Shown here: piece after piece, positions 17,352 through 25,648 of the stretch
How the letters are laid out: the number at the start of each line of letters is the position of its first letter
Numbering within the stretch: position 1 is the stretch's first letter
Assembly: GCA_021818685.1 (NCBI GenBank)
Contig: JAKATP010000001.1
Coordinates: 17,997 to 81,996 of the forward strand
Source: Bacillota bacterium
GTDB lineage: Bacteria > Bacillota > Sulfobacillia > Sulfobacillales > JAIMBI01
DNA: 64,000 bases
Direction: 5' to 3'
Program-made: the position numbers and the translations under genes
The notes under the pieces: generated by a model
The model's database searches: none
Told to the model about the DNA's origin: nothing
What the model saw: only the letters and a program-made list of their open reading frames with translations

Positions 17352-17771
17352 ATGCCAGCCTCGAGTCCGGGTGTCAGCATCCAAGTGGGTCAGATTATAG
17401 AGGGAACCGTCACCGGGATCACACGGTTCGGCGCGTTCGTAGCGTTGCCTAATGGTCAGACGGGTCTCGTCCACATATCGGAAGTCGCGGACAGTTATGT
17501 CAACGACATTACCGACTATGTACACGAAAACGAGACGGTTCAGGTGAAGGTGTTGTCCACCGATGACCGGGGTAAGGTGGCGCTGTCGATTCGGCAGGCG
17601 AAGCCGGGAAGCAGTCCAACCCGACCCGCGCGAGGCGGGGGAGGACCCCGTCGCAGTGCGCCCCCAGCCAGTTTTGAAGATAAGCTGGCCCGTTTCATGA
17701 AAGACAGCCAGGACCGGTTGACCGATTTAAAGCGGCATACCGAGAGTCGACGGGGCGGCCGCGGATCCTGA
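17352..17771 (+). CDS. yabR: S1 RNA-binding domain protein (YabR-like)
   Basis: GQIIEGTVTGITRFGAFVALPNGQTGLVHISEVADSYVNDITDYV is an S1 domain, followed by a basic Gly/Arg-rich tail. Confidence 0.9.
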   Translation: MPASSPGVSIQVGQIIEGTVTGITRFGAFVALPNGQTGLVHISEVADSYVNDITDYVHENETVQVKVLSTDDRGKVALSIRQAKPGSSPTRPARGGGGPRRSAPPASFEDKLARFMKDSQDRLTDLKRHTESRRGGRGS

Positions 17772-17772
17772 T

Positions 17773-17860
17773 GCCGGGATGGCGGAATAGGCAGACGCAG
17801 GGGACTTAAAATCCTCGGGGCGATGAGCTCGTACCGGTTCAAGTCCGGTTCCCGGCACCA
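17773..17860 (+). tRNA. tRNA-Leu (anticodon UAA), CCA-encoded
   Basis: Manual cloverleaf. Acceptor GCCGGGA/TCCCGGC. Anticodon stem GGGGA/TCCTC with loop CTTAAAA (anticodon TAA). A 16-nt class II variable arm. T arm ACCGG-TTCAAGT-CCGGT. Discriminator A plus CCA. Confidence 0.9.
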
Positions 17861-17864
17861 CTTT

Positions 17865-17888
17865 AACGCCTCATCCGAGGCGTTTTTT
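17865..17888 (+). terminator. rho-independent terminator after tRNA-Leu
   Basis: AACGCCTC (17865-17872), ATCC loop, GAGGCGTT (17877-17884), running into a T6 tract. Confidence 0.75.
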
Positions 17889-17980
17889 CACGTCCCGGGA
17901 CGTGCACGGCATGGTTTGAGCCCGCCCCGGTCACTCTAAGCCCAATCCGGGAAACGAGGGATCGAGGGGAGGCATTCACC

Positions 17981-18637
17981 GTGCCAAGCACGAAACGGCG
18001 TCTCAAGCTACTGTCGGCGGCCGCCGGCTTCGCCGTCCTCCTGGGGGGCTGCGGCCTAAGTGCCGGAGGTCCGGCTGGAGGCGGGGCCCGGTCGCCGTCC
18101 CATTCAGGCACCCACGCATCGGGAACCCACAAGGGCACCACCGGCACGGCCAAGCATTCGTCGAAGGGGACCGCCAAGAGCGGAGGCGCCCACACCAGTA
18201 CGGGAGCCGCCGCGGGGACGTTGCCCTGGATGACCTACTCCACCTACGCTCACACCGCGACCTTAAAGCTGGTGGCCGGGTACAATTCGGAACTCGGCGG
18301 CCTCAACTACAACGGGTATGGTCGGGGCAAGATGGTGGTGTCGGTCCCAACCGGGTGGAAGGTGACCGTCGACTTCAGCAACCAGGGCCGGCTTCCGCAC
18401 TCGGTGGCCATCACCCACTCGGCCAGGAGCACCGCGCCCGCATTTCCCGGTGCCGCCCTGCCACCGTCGGAGCTTACCGCTGGCATCGCACCAGGACGCA
18501 GCGCGGCCTTCACGTTTACGACGGGAACGCCTGGCACCTACCGCATCGCGTGTCTGGTTCCAGGACATCAGTCGGCCGGTATGTGGGACACATTCATGGT
18601 TACGGGGCCTAGCGTCACGCCGTCGGTCAAGACCTAG
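17981..18637 (+). CDS. cupredoxin lipoprotein, sulfocyanin-like type 1 copper protein
   Basis: Signal peptide with lipobox LLGGC. Candidate type 1 Cu ligands are PHSVAI (His) and IACLVPGHQSAGMW (Cys-x4-His-x4-Met), the latter resembling the sulfocyanin C-terminal motif. GTG start with SD GAGGGGAGG. Confidence 0.7.
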   Translation: MPSTKRRLKLLSAAAGFAVLLGGCGLSAGGPAGGGARSPSHSGTHASGTHKGTTGTAKHSSKGTAKSGGAHTSTGAAAGTLPWMTYSTYAHTATLKLVAGYNSELGGLNYNGYGRGKMVVSVPTGWKVTVDFSNQGRLPHSVAITHSARSTAPAFPGAALPPSELTAGIAPGRSAAFTFTTGTPGTYRIACLVPGHQSAGMWDTFMVTGPSVTPSVKT

Positions 18638-19073
18638 CCGGCACCGCGAGCGACGGATTGGCCGCAGCGGCCAGCCGGGCCCTCAACTCGGAAGGCCACG
18701 GCACGCTCGCGCTCTGGTCTTTGTTAACCAGCACCATCACCGACTCCCCCTGGCATACAACGCTGGTGCCGTCTGGATCGGCGGCCGGCACGACGCGGTG
18801 AGCCATGCGGATGGAGGAGCGGCCCACCGAGACGATATCGGTGAGCACGATGAGCTCGTCCGGGAAGTGGGCGGCCTTCAGGTAGTCGGCCCACTGCCGT
18901 ACCAGCACCAGGTTGAAGGGTCCCTCGGTCCAGGAAATCCCGAACGTCTCGATGTAGCGGGTGCGGGCCTCTTCGAAGTAAATGAAGTAGCTTACCTGAC
19001 TCACGTGACGATTCATGTCGGTCTCGCAGAACCGGACCCGTATAGGGGTCCGGTGTGACGCCACCCCGGCCAC
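18627..19073 (-). CDS. acyl-CoA thioesterase, hotdog fold (4HBT/YbgC-like)
   Basis: IRVRFCETDMNRHVSQVSYFIYFEEART is typical of the 4HBT family. The start is taken at GTG 19073 (SD GGGAGGTG 5-6 nt upstream). The 3' end overlaps the convergent cupredoxin gene by 11 nt. Confidence 0.75.
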   Translation of the reverse strand: MAGVASHRTPIRVRFCETDMNRHVSQVSYFIYFEEARTRYIETFGISWTEGPFNLVLVRQWADYLKAAHFPDELIVLTDIVSVGRSSIRMAHRVVPAADPDGTSVVCQGESVMVLVNKDQSASVPWPSELRARLAAAANPSLAVPARS

Positions 19074-19102
19074 GCGCGCACCTCCCTGTTGCTGCCAGGT
19101 CG

Positions 19103-19133
19103 ATTGTAGCAAGAGTCCGGCGCCTCTCGTCAC
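19103..19133 (-). promoter_or_regulatory. extended -10 promoter candidate for the thioesterase gene
   Basis: On the minus strand, GTGACG / TGACGA lies 18-19 nt before TGCTACAAT (a TGn-TACAAT extended -10), and the array sits about 30 nt upstream of the GTG start. Confidence 0.4.
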
Positions 19134-19153
19134 GCGGTGCAAAGGGGGAGGAC

Positions 19154-19594
19154 ATGCGGGCGCGACGTCGTGAACTTCGCACCACGCTCGGTGCGCGCCT
19201 CGCCGATCAGCTGGCGCGAGGTGCCGGATCGTGGCCGTTCATCCTGATCCAGACCATCTTGTGGGGAACCTGGATCGTGGTGAACCTCACTGTTCAGGTC
19301 CGCCGATGGGATCCTTATCCCTTCATCCTCCTGAATCTCGCCCTCTCGTTTCAGGCCGCCTACGCCGCCCCCATCATCATGATGAGTCAGAATCGCCAGG
19401 CGCGGCGGGACCGCGACCTCGCGCGCCGAGCCTTCCATCTCGAGCGACGGATGGCGCAGAAGCTTGCTACCGTGCAAGAACAGCTGGACCGGCTGGAATC
19501 CCTCCTCTCGTCTCGGGACGGCTCCTTCGGGAACCCCCCCGAAACGGCATCCGCATCTTACCGGTCGGACTCCGGGCCGAACGGTCCCCATTGA
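19154..19594 (+). CDS. DUF1003-family membrane protein
   Basis: GSWPFILIQTILWGTWIVVN...WDPYPFILLNLALSFQAAYAAPIIMMSQNRQ matches the DUF1003 pattern. ATG 19154 has SD GGGGGAGG. Confidence 0.75.
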   Translation: MRARRRELRTTLGARLADQLARGAGSWPFILIQTILWGTWIVVNLTVQVRRWDPYPFILLNLALSFQAAYAAPIIMMSQNRQARRDRDLARRAFHLERRMAQKLATVQEQLDRLESLLSSRDGSFGNPPETASASYRSDSGPNGPH

Positions 19595-19746
19595 TCGATG
19601 ATGTCGCCCGGTTGGAGCCTGTCTGACCCGCATGCGGATGGACATCGCCCCCGGGGGCGGCGCTTGAAGCCTGGGGAAGGCGGATGCTAGGGTGGTAAGG
19701 CGAGGGGGCAGGCAAGCTGACACTGCAGGATAGTCTTCCCGAACGT

Positions 19747-20877
19747 TTGTTGATGGGGCCCGGACCGTCGCCGGTACCGCCCAGTGTGCGTCTGGCGATG
19801 GCCAGTCCGGTTCTCGGCCATCTCGATCCGGCGTTTCTGGCCATTATGGACCGTGTTTGTGAGGACCTGCGGTTGACGTTCGGTACGACGAACCGTCTGT
19901 CGCTGCCGCTGTCGGGCACCGGCAGTGCGGGCATGGAGGCGGCGGTCGTTAATTTTGTGGAGCCGGGCGATCCGGTCCTGGTCGTGGTGGCCGGGTTGTT
20001 CGGACAACGCATGGCGGATGCCGCTGCGCGCCAGGGGGCGCGCGTTGACGTCCTGGAAGTGCCCTGGGGCCACGCCTTCGATCCGGGACAGTTGGAAGCC
20101 CGCTTGACGAGCGCCTTCGCTCCCTACCGCACCGTGGCCTTGGTGATGGCCGAGACCTCAACCGGGGTGCTCCAGCCACTGGATGGCCTGCCGGACCTGG
20201 TGCACGCCCAGGGCAGCCTGTTGGTGGTCGATGCCGTAACAGCCATTGGAGGTATGCCGGTGGAGGTGGACCGACGCGATCTTGACGTCGTGTTCGCCGG
20301 TAGTCAGAAGTGCCTGGCGGTGCCACCCGGTCTGGCTCCCCTGACGGCCGGCGACCGGGCGCTCGAGCGCCTGCGGGCGCGAAAAACCCCCATCCCGAGC
20401 TGGTATCTTGACCTGTCCATGCTGGAGCGGTACTGGGGTCAAGAACGTTTCTATCACCACACCGCCCCTATCAGCATGATCTACGCCTTGGCCGAAGGTC
20501 TCCGGCTGGTGCGAGAGGAAGGGCTGCCGGCGCGGTTTGCCCGTCATCGGCGTGCTAATGCAGCGATGGCGGCGGGGATCGAGGCGTTGGGGCTTACGGT
20601 CGGGGTGGCGGAGGATGTCCGTCTGCCCTCCCTCATCACGGTCGAGATCCCCCCGGAGGTGGACGATGCGGCCGTGCGCGGGCGCCTGCGCGACCAGTTT
20701 GACATCGAGATTGGGGGCGGTCTCGGTCCCTTGAAAGGGCGCATCTGGCGCATCGGTACCATGGGCGAGGGCGCGCGTCTAGAGCCGATCCTGCGGGTTC
20801 TGGAGGCCCTTGGCACGATTCTCGGGAGGACGGGTGGGGCCGACGCGGCCATAAAAACCTGGGAATCCTGCTCATGA
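19747..20877 (+). CDS. class V aminotransferase (alanine-glyoxylate / serine-pyruvate type)
   Basis: LLMGPGPSPVPPSV, SGTGSAGMEAA and FAGSQKCLAVPPGL (PLP-Lys context). Confidence 0.85.
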   Translation: MLMGPGPSPVPPSVRLAMASPVLGHLDPAFLAIMDRVCEDLRLTFGTTNRLSLPLSGTGSAGMEAAVVNFVEPGDPVLVVVAGLFGQRMADAAARQGARVDVLEVPWGHAFDPGQLEARLTSAFAPYRTVALVMAETSTGVLQPLDGLPDLVHAQGSLLVVDAVTAIGGMPVEVDRRDLDVVFAGSQKCLAVPPGLAPLTAGDRALERLRARKTPIPSWYLDLSMLERYWGQERFYHHTAPISMIYALAEGLRLVREEGLPARFARHRRANAAMAAGIEALGLTVGVAEDVRLPSLITVEIPPEVDDAAVRGRLRDQFDIEIGGGLGPLKGRIWRIGTMGEGARLEPILRVLEALGTILGRTGGADAAIKTWESCS

Positions 20878-21899
20878 ACTGGCTCGTTCTCCTGGCCGGT
20901 GGGCGGGGCGAGCGCTTCTGGCCGCTGTCGCGGCGGGCGCATCCGAAGCAGTTCCTGCCGCTTCTCTCGTCACGGAGTCTCCTGCAAGAAACCCGTGAAC
21001 GGGTGGTGGACCTGTTTTCCCCCGAGCGGGTACTGGTCGTCACAGGCGAAGCGTACGTGGGGTGCGTGCGCGAGCAGCTCCCCGATCTGCGGGCGGATCA
21101 GATTCTGGCAGAGCCCGCGGGCCGCGGTACAGCGGCGTCGGTGGCCTGGGCGGCCCAGTCCATCGCGGCTTCCGACCCGGATGCCGTGTTGGCGGTGCTC
21201 CCCTCGGATCATGCGGTGGCGCAGCCGAGCCGATTTCAGGAGCGGCTCGGGCGGGCCCTCGAGCACGCGGCCGCCCATGGGGAGATGACCCTCTTTGGCA
21301 TCGTCCCCGATCGGCCGGATACAGGCTTCGGCTACATCGAAATCGCCAGCGCGCCGGGCGACGGCGCGTCACGCGTCGTCCGCTTCGTCGAGAAGCCGGA
21401 CACCGGCGAGGCGGTGCGGATGGTAGAGAGCGGACGGTTTCTCTGGAACTCCGGCATGTTCATGCTGCCGCTGCCGGCCCTGGAGGAGGCATTCCTTCGC
21501 TTCATGCCTAGGTGCTGGGAAGCCTCGGGGGAGCTTCTGGCCTCCGGTTCGGTAGGGCCATTCCTCGAGCTCGACTCCGTGTCCCTCGACGTCGGCATCA
21601 TGGAGCGGATGGCCGAACTTGCGGTGTTCGCCCTCAACGTCGGATGGGATGATGTGGGAAGTTTCGAGGCGGTGGCGCGCCTTCAAAAAGGTCGGGCCAC
21701 GGAGGGGGTCGTGTTGGAAGACAGCCGGGACGTGGTGGTCCTGGGTGATGAGGGACCCCTGGTAGCCGGGATCGGACTGCAGGGGCTTGTCATCGTGCGC
21801 ACGCCCGACGCGGTTCTCATTCTGCCGCCGGAGCATGCCCAGAGCGTGCGGACCATCGTAAGACGTCTGCAGGCGGCAGGGCGTCCCGACCTTCTCTGA
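20874..21899 (+). CDS. mannose-1-phosphate guanylyltransferase (no isomerase domain)
   Basis: LLAGGRGERFWPLSRRAHPKQFLPL and GYIE...FVEKP. The start overlaps the upstream stop (ATGA). Confidence 0.85.
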   Translation: MNWLVLLAGGRGERFWPLSRRAHPKQFLPLLSSRSLLQETRERVVDLFSPERVLVVTGEAYVGCVREQLPDLRADQILAEPAGRGTAASVAWAAQSIAASDPDAVLAVLPSDHAVAQPSRFQERLGRALEHAAAHGEMTLFGIVPDRPDTGFGYIEIASAPGDGASRVVRFVEKPDTGEAVRMVESGRFLWNSGMFMLPLPALEEAFLRFMPRCWEASGELLASGSVGPFLELDSVSLDVGIMERMAELAVFALNVGWDDVGSFEAVARLQKGRATEGVVLEDSRDVVVLGDEGPLVAGIGLQGLVIVRTPDAVLILPPEHAQSVRTIVRRLQAAGRPDLL

Positions 21900-21928
21900 C
21901 GGGCAAGCCAGAAGGGAGTGTCTCCAGG

Positions 21929-22813
21929 ATGGCCGCCAGTACCATCACCCGGGCAGTGATTCCGGCTGCAGGCGCCGGAACCCGGCTCCTACCGGCAACC
22001 AAGGTGGTCCCGAAAGAATTGATGCCCCTCATCGACCGCCCCGTGATTCAGTGGGCGGTCGAGGAAGCCATAGCAAGCGGCGTGAATGACCTACTCATCG
22101 TGACGAGCCGCGGAAAGTCCCTGATTGCCGACCATTTTGACCGGCATGAGGAGCTTGAACATCTGCTGGAACGCCGGCAAAAGGAGCGGGAGCTGGAGGC
22201 CGTCCGCTCTGTGGGTGAGGGCGCCCGTTTTCACTACACGCGCCAGGCAGAGCCGCTCGGGCTCGGCCACGCCGTGTTGCAGGGGGCTGCTCACATCGGG
22301 CATCATCCCTTCGGCGTGCTCCTGCCCGACGACGTGATGGTGGGATCGCAGCCCGTCTTGGGGCAGCTGGCGGCCCACTTGCAGCCGGGGGTCTGTGTGG
22401 TGGCGGCTATACCGGTTCCGCGCGCCGAGGCGTCGCGTTACGGCATCGCGAGTGGCCGCATGCAGGACGGGGTCATGCAGGTCGAGCATCTTGTCGAAAA
22501 ACCGCCGCCGGGGAAGGTGACCACGGACCCCGCCTGGGCAGTCATGGGTCGCTACGTGCTGGACGGGGGAATTTTCGATGTGTTGGCGGGCCTGCCGCCG
22601 GGGGCGGGTGGGGAGATCCAGTTGACCGATGCCCTGGCGGAGCGTGCCCGGGAGGGCCGGCTGCTAGCCGTGGCGTTTGAGGGTAGGCGCTATGATGTCG
22701 GCGACCAGCTGGGGTATGTGAAGGCGGTGGTGAGGGCAGCGCTTGACCGTCCTGACCTGGCCCCGGCCGTGTCCCGCTATCTTCGCGATCTGATGGAGTC
22801 GGATCGCTGGTAA
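21929..22813 (+). CDS. galU: UTP--glucose-1-phosphate uridylyltransferase
   Basis: AVIPAAGAGTRLLPATKVVPKELMPLIDRPVIQWAVEEA and VEKP...GRYVL. Confidence 0.92.
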   Translation: MAASTITRAVIPAAGAGTRLLPATKVVPKELMPLIDRPVIQWAVEEAIASGVNDLLIVTSRGKSLIADHFDRHEELEHLLERRQKERELEAVRSVGEGARFHYTRQAEPLGLGHAVLQGAAHIGHHPFGVLLPDDVMVGSQPVLGQLAAHLQPGVCVVAAIPVPRAEASRYGIASGRMQDGVMQVEHLVEKPPPGKVTTDPAWAVMGRYVLDGGIFDVLAGLPPGAGGEIQLTDALAERAREGRLLAVAFEGRRYDVGDQLGYVKAVVRAALDRPDLAPAVSRYLRDLMESDRW

Positions 22814-23238
22814 TGGGCGGCGTCTATCATTCGTCGGCCGCGTTGTTCCGGGCAGAGATGGCGATTCTGTCGCACGTATCCTGGGTACTGGTGCCGCTCA
22901 CGCTCCTCATGGGCGTGGTGGCACTCGGACAGTACCTGAGACGGGCGCCCACGGTCTCCGGCCGATATCTCCACGCCACGCTGGTGCTCTTCTTGTGGTT
23001 GATGGCCTTCGGCGCTTTTTACTACGTGAACACTAATCCGAGCCTGGCCCACACGGGGGCGGCGAGCTGGTTTTTGGACCTGGCCGGGGCCTCGTTGGTG
23101 GGGGGCAGCCTCTTTGGGCTGACCCTGCGCCATGTAAAGCAGGGGCCGGGCCCCACGGCCCGCACGATTGTCGGCCACTGGTTCTTTGCCGCCGCCACCT
23201 CCGTCTTCCTGCTGGCAGCACTCTGGCCATACCGGTAG
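22813..23238 (+). CDS. hypothetical integral membrane protein (4 predicted TM segments)
   Basis: 141 aa with four hydrophobic stretches. I recognise no motif. Appears translationally coupled to galU (TAATG). Confidence 0.5.
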   Translation: MGGVYHSSAALFRAEMAILSHVSWVLVPLTLLMGVVALGQYLRRAPTVSGRYLHATLVLFLWLMAFGAFYYVNTNPSLAHTGAASWFLDLAGASLVGGSLFGLTLRHVKQGPGPTARTIVGHWFFAAATSVFLLAALWPYR

Positions 23239-23413
23239 GGGCTCCGTACGATGCGGCCCTTCGACCGTCCGGCCAAGGGGCTCCGTGCCAAAGTCCCTCC
23301 GCGGAGAGCCCGCGCTGGATCGGGAGTCCCGACAACCTCACGATCCCGCATCGTGCGGGCATTGGCGCGCGTACGACCGTTTTTCGCCGTTCATGCTGCA
23401 GCCGGGTTAAGCC

Positions 23414-24103
23414 CTACCGGGGAGGAATGGCCGGCCAGGATCCGGTCTTGAGTGATCGTTCTTCGGACCAGGCCTGTTCCCAGAACAGCCACTCGTAGCG
23501 GGAGCTGGCGTAGAACGCGCGCACCGCCTCCCCGTGATCGGAAGCCGCCGCCCGGGCGCCCGCCTCCTCCGCCATCGCCAGCGCTTCCGTGACCGACTGC
23601 CCGTACGCATCGCCGGCGTACGTGGCGATCCAGTCCCGGTAGGGTGTGTAGTCTGGAGTCGCGTCCTGGAGCCGGAGTCCCACTTCGCGATAGATCCAAT
23701 AGCAGGGCAGGACCGCCGCGACGAGAACTGGGTACGTGCGGTCATAGGCGGTGCGGACGAGGTGGTCGGCATACGCCGCCGTCACCGGACCGGGGGTGGT
23801 GTCGGCCAGGGTAGCGGGATCGAGTCCCAGGGTAGGGGCGAGTTCCCGGTGCAATTCCTGCTCCACCGTGTGCACCGTCTCGGCATGGGCGAGCCATGTG
23901 CGTTCGTGATGCCGGTACGGACTCTTGACGGCCAGCATGGCCAGCACGCGGCTGAAGTCCTTCAGGTAGGCGGCATCCTGTCCCACAAAGTAGCGAAAGG
24001 CGGAAGGAGGCAGGGAGCCGTCGGCCAGTCCCAGAATGTACGGGTGGGTGTAGACAGCTTCCCATATAGGGAGCGCAGGCGCGCGGAGCTCATCGGTCCA
24101 CAT
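23414..24103 (-). CDS. tenA: thiaminase II / aminopyrimidine aminohydrolase
   Basis: HPYILGLADGSLPPSAFRYFVGQDAAYLKDFSRVLA and the C-terminal YEWLFWEQAW fit the TenA family. Confidence 0.88.
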   Translation of the reverse strand: MWTDELRAPALPIWEAVYTHPYILGLADGSLPPSAFRYFVGQDAAYLKDFSRVLAMLAVKSPYRHHERTWLAHAETVHTVEQELHRELAPTLGLDPATLADTTPGPVTAAYADHLVRTAYDRTYPVLVAAVLPCYWIYREVGLRLQDATPDYTPYRDWIATYAGDAYGQSVTEALAMAEEAGARAAASDHGEAVRAFYASSRYEWLFWEQAWSEERSLKTGSWPAIPPR

Positions 24104-24122
24104 AAGGTCCTCCCTCTACAAA

Positions 24123-24758
24123 TTAAAGATGGGAACCCGAGAGAAGCCCACGCACGGCCTGCTCCGGGTCACGGGCGGTCGTCACGGCGTGGATGACGGC
24201 GAGACCGCGGACCCCGGTCTCCCATACCCCGCGCGCGTTTCCGGGCTCGATGCCCCCGATGGCGACGGGAACGATGGACCGCGGGAGCGCGCGCACCAGA
24301 GCCCTCATGCCCGAAAGGCCGAGGGGCTCTCCCGCATCTGCCTTCGACGGCGTGACAAAAACCGGCCCGATGCCAACGTAGTCGGGCTGAAGTGCTGCCA
24401 CGGCGCGGACCTCCGCCGCATTTCCGGCCGAGGCACCGAGGATGAGGCCGGGAGCGATCTGCCGGGCGATGTGAAGGGGCATGTCGTCCTGACCGAGATG
24501 CACACCGTCAGCCCCGGACGCGAGCGCCCAGTCCACGCGGTCGTTAATGATGAGGGTGAGGCGCCCCGCCGTGCGGGCCCGTACGGACCCGATGTACTGG
24601 AGCGCCGCACGGGTCGATCCCTGTTTGATGCGCACCTGTACGACCGTGGCGCCGCCCCTTATGATCGCGTCCAGAAAGGCCGGCAGTCCATCTTCCGGCA
24701 CGCGATCGGGATCAATCAGCACGTGCAGCCCCTCTACCGCCACGGCGTCATCCCCCAC
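24123..24758 (-). CDS. thiE: thiamine-phosphate synthase
   Basis: GGATVVQVRIK...LIINDRVDWALASGADGVHLGQDD...ILGAS...IGPVFVTPSK...VAIGGI. Confidence 0.9.
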   Translation of the reverse strand: MGDDAVAVEGLHVLIDPDRVPEDGLPAFLDAIIRGGATVVQVRIKQGSTRAALQYIGSVRARTAGRLTLIINDRVDWALASGADGVHLGQDDMPLHIARQIAPGLILGASAGNAAEVRAVAALQPDYVGIGPVFVTPSKADAGEPLGLSGMRALVRALPRSIVPVAIGGIEPGNARGVWETGVRGLAVIHAVTTARDPEQAVRGLLSGSHL

Positions 24759-25534
24759 TGGTGGTTCAGGGGGCCGTGACCATGCCCCAGTCCGGGCGCC
24801 TGTCTAAGGGCCCCTGCCACATAGCCCTCGGCCAGTCCGACCGCTTCCGGTACGGAAAGCCCGCGCGCCAAGCCTACCGCGATCGCGCTGGAGAGGGTGC
24901 AGCCGGTCCCGTGGGTGTGGGGGGTGTCGATCCGTTCCACAACGAAGCTCTGTTCCACGGGGCCGACGAGGTGATCGCGAATCTCCCGTCCCTGGCCATG
25001 CCCGCCCTTGATGAGGGCCCATCGTGCCCCGAGGGCGCGCAGGCGCCGCCCCGCCTCGATGCGGCTCTCCTCCGAGTCGAGCGACAGACCCGTCAACGCC
25101 TGTGCTTCCGGCAGGTTCGGGGTCACGACATGGGCACGGGGCACGAGGTGTGACAGCAACGCCGCCTCGGCAGACGGCTCCAATAGGGAGTGGCCGCCCT
25201 TGGCCCGCATGACCGGGTCCAGCACCACCGGCACACCAGCGACGGAGTCCAGCACTTCGGCCACCGTCTCGATGATTTCGGTGTTGAACAGCATGCCGAT
25301 CTTGATGGCATCGGCGCCCAGATCCTCCAGCACCATCGACAATTGGTCGCGGACGGCCTGCGGAGGAAGAGCCCACACGCCACCCACCCGAAGCGTGTTC
25401 TGGGCGGTCACGGCGGTCACCACCGACATCCCGTAGGCACCGAGAGCCTGAAAGGTTTTGAGGTCGGCCTGGATACCGGCTCCTCCCCCGGAATCGGACC
25501 CCGCGACCGTTAAGAGTCTCAGCATGTTGCACAC
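24734..25534 (-). CDS. thiD: hydroxymethylpyrimidine/phosphomethylpyrimidine kinase
   Basis: LTVAGSDSGGGAGIQADLKTFQALGAYGMSVVTAVTAQN...HTHGTGCTLSSAI. Confidence 0.92.
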   Translation of the reverse strand: MCNMLRLLTVAGSDSGGGAGIQADLKTFQALGAYGMSVVTAVTAQNTLRVGGVWALPPQAVRDQLSMVLEDLGADAIKIGMLFNTEIIETVAEVLDSVAGVPVVLDPVMRAKGGHSLLEPSAEAALLSHLVPRAHVVTPNLPEAQALTGLSLDSEESRIEAGRRLRALGARWALIKGGHGQGREIRDHLVGPVEQSFVVERIDTPHTHGTGCTLSSAIAVGLARGLSVPEAVGLAEGYVAGALRQAPGLGHGHGPLNHQWGMTPWR

Positions 25535-25648
25535 CTCCCCCCGAAACGCAATCGGTTCTCACGTTAACATCCTGATTCGGGTCTGTACACGAAGCTGTTG
25601 CTGTCAGGCTGTGTCGGTCGATTGTGCGGGTCTCCGTCAAGCGTCGGC

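Noticed and set aside
19649-19660. Short perfect GC palindromes in intergenic regions. Examples are GCCCCCGGGGGC at 19649-19660, CGTCCCGGGACG at 17891-17902 and CCCGCA-tcg-TGCGGG at 23343-23357.
   Set aside because: Such palindromes are expected by chance at this base composition, and none is followed by a U-tract or repeated elsewhere. They are noted but not called as terminators or operators.
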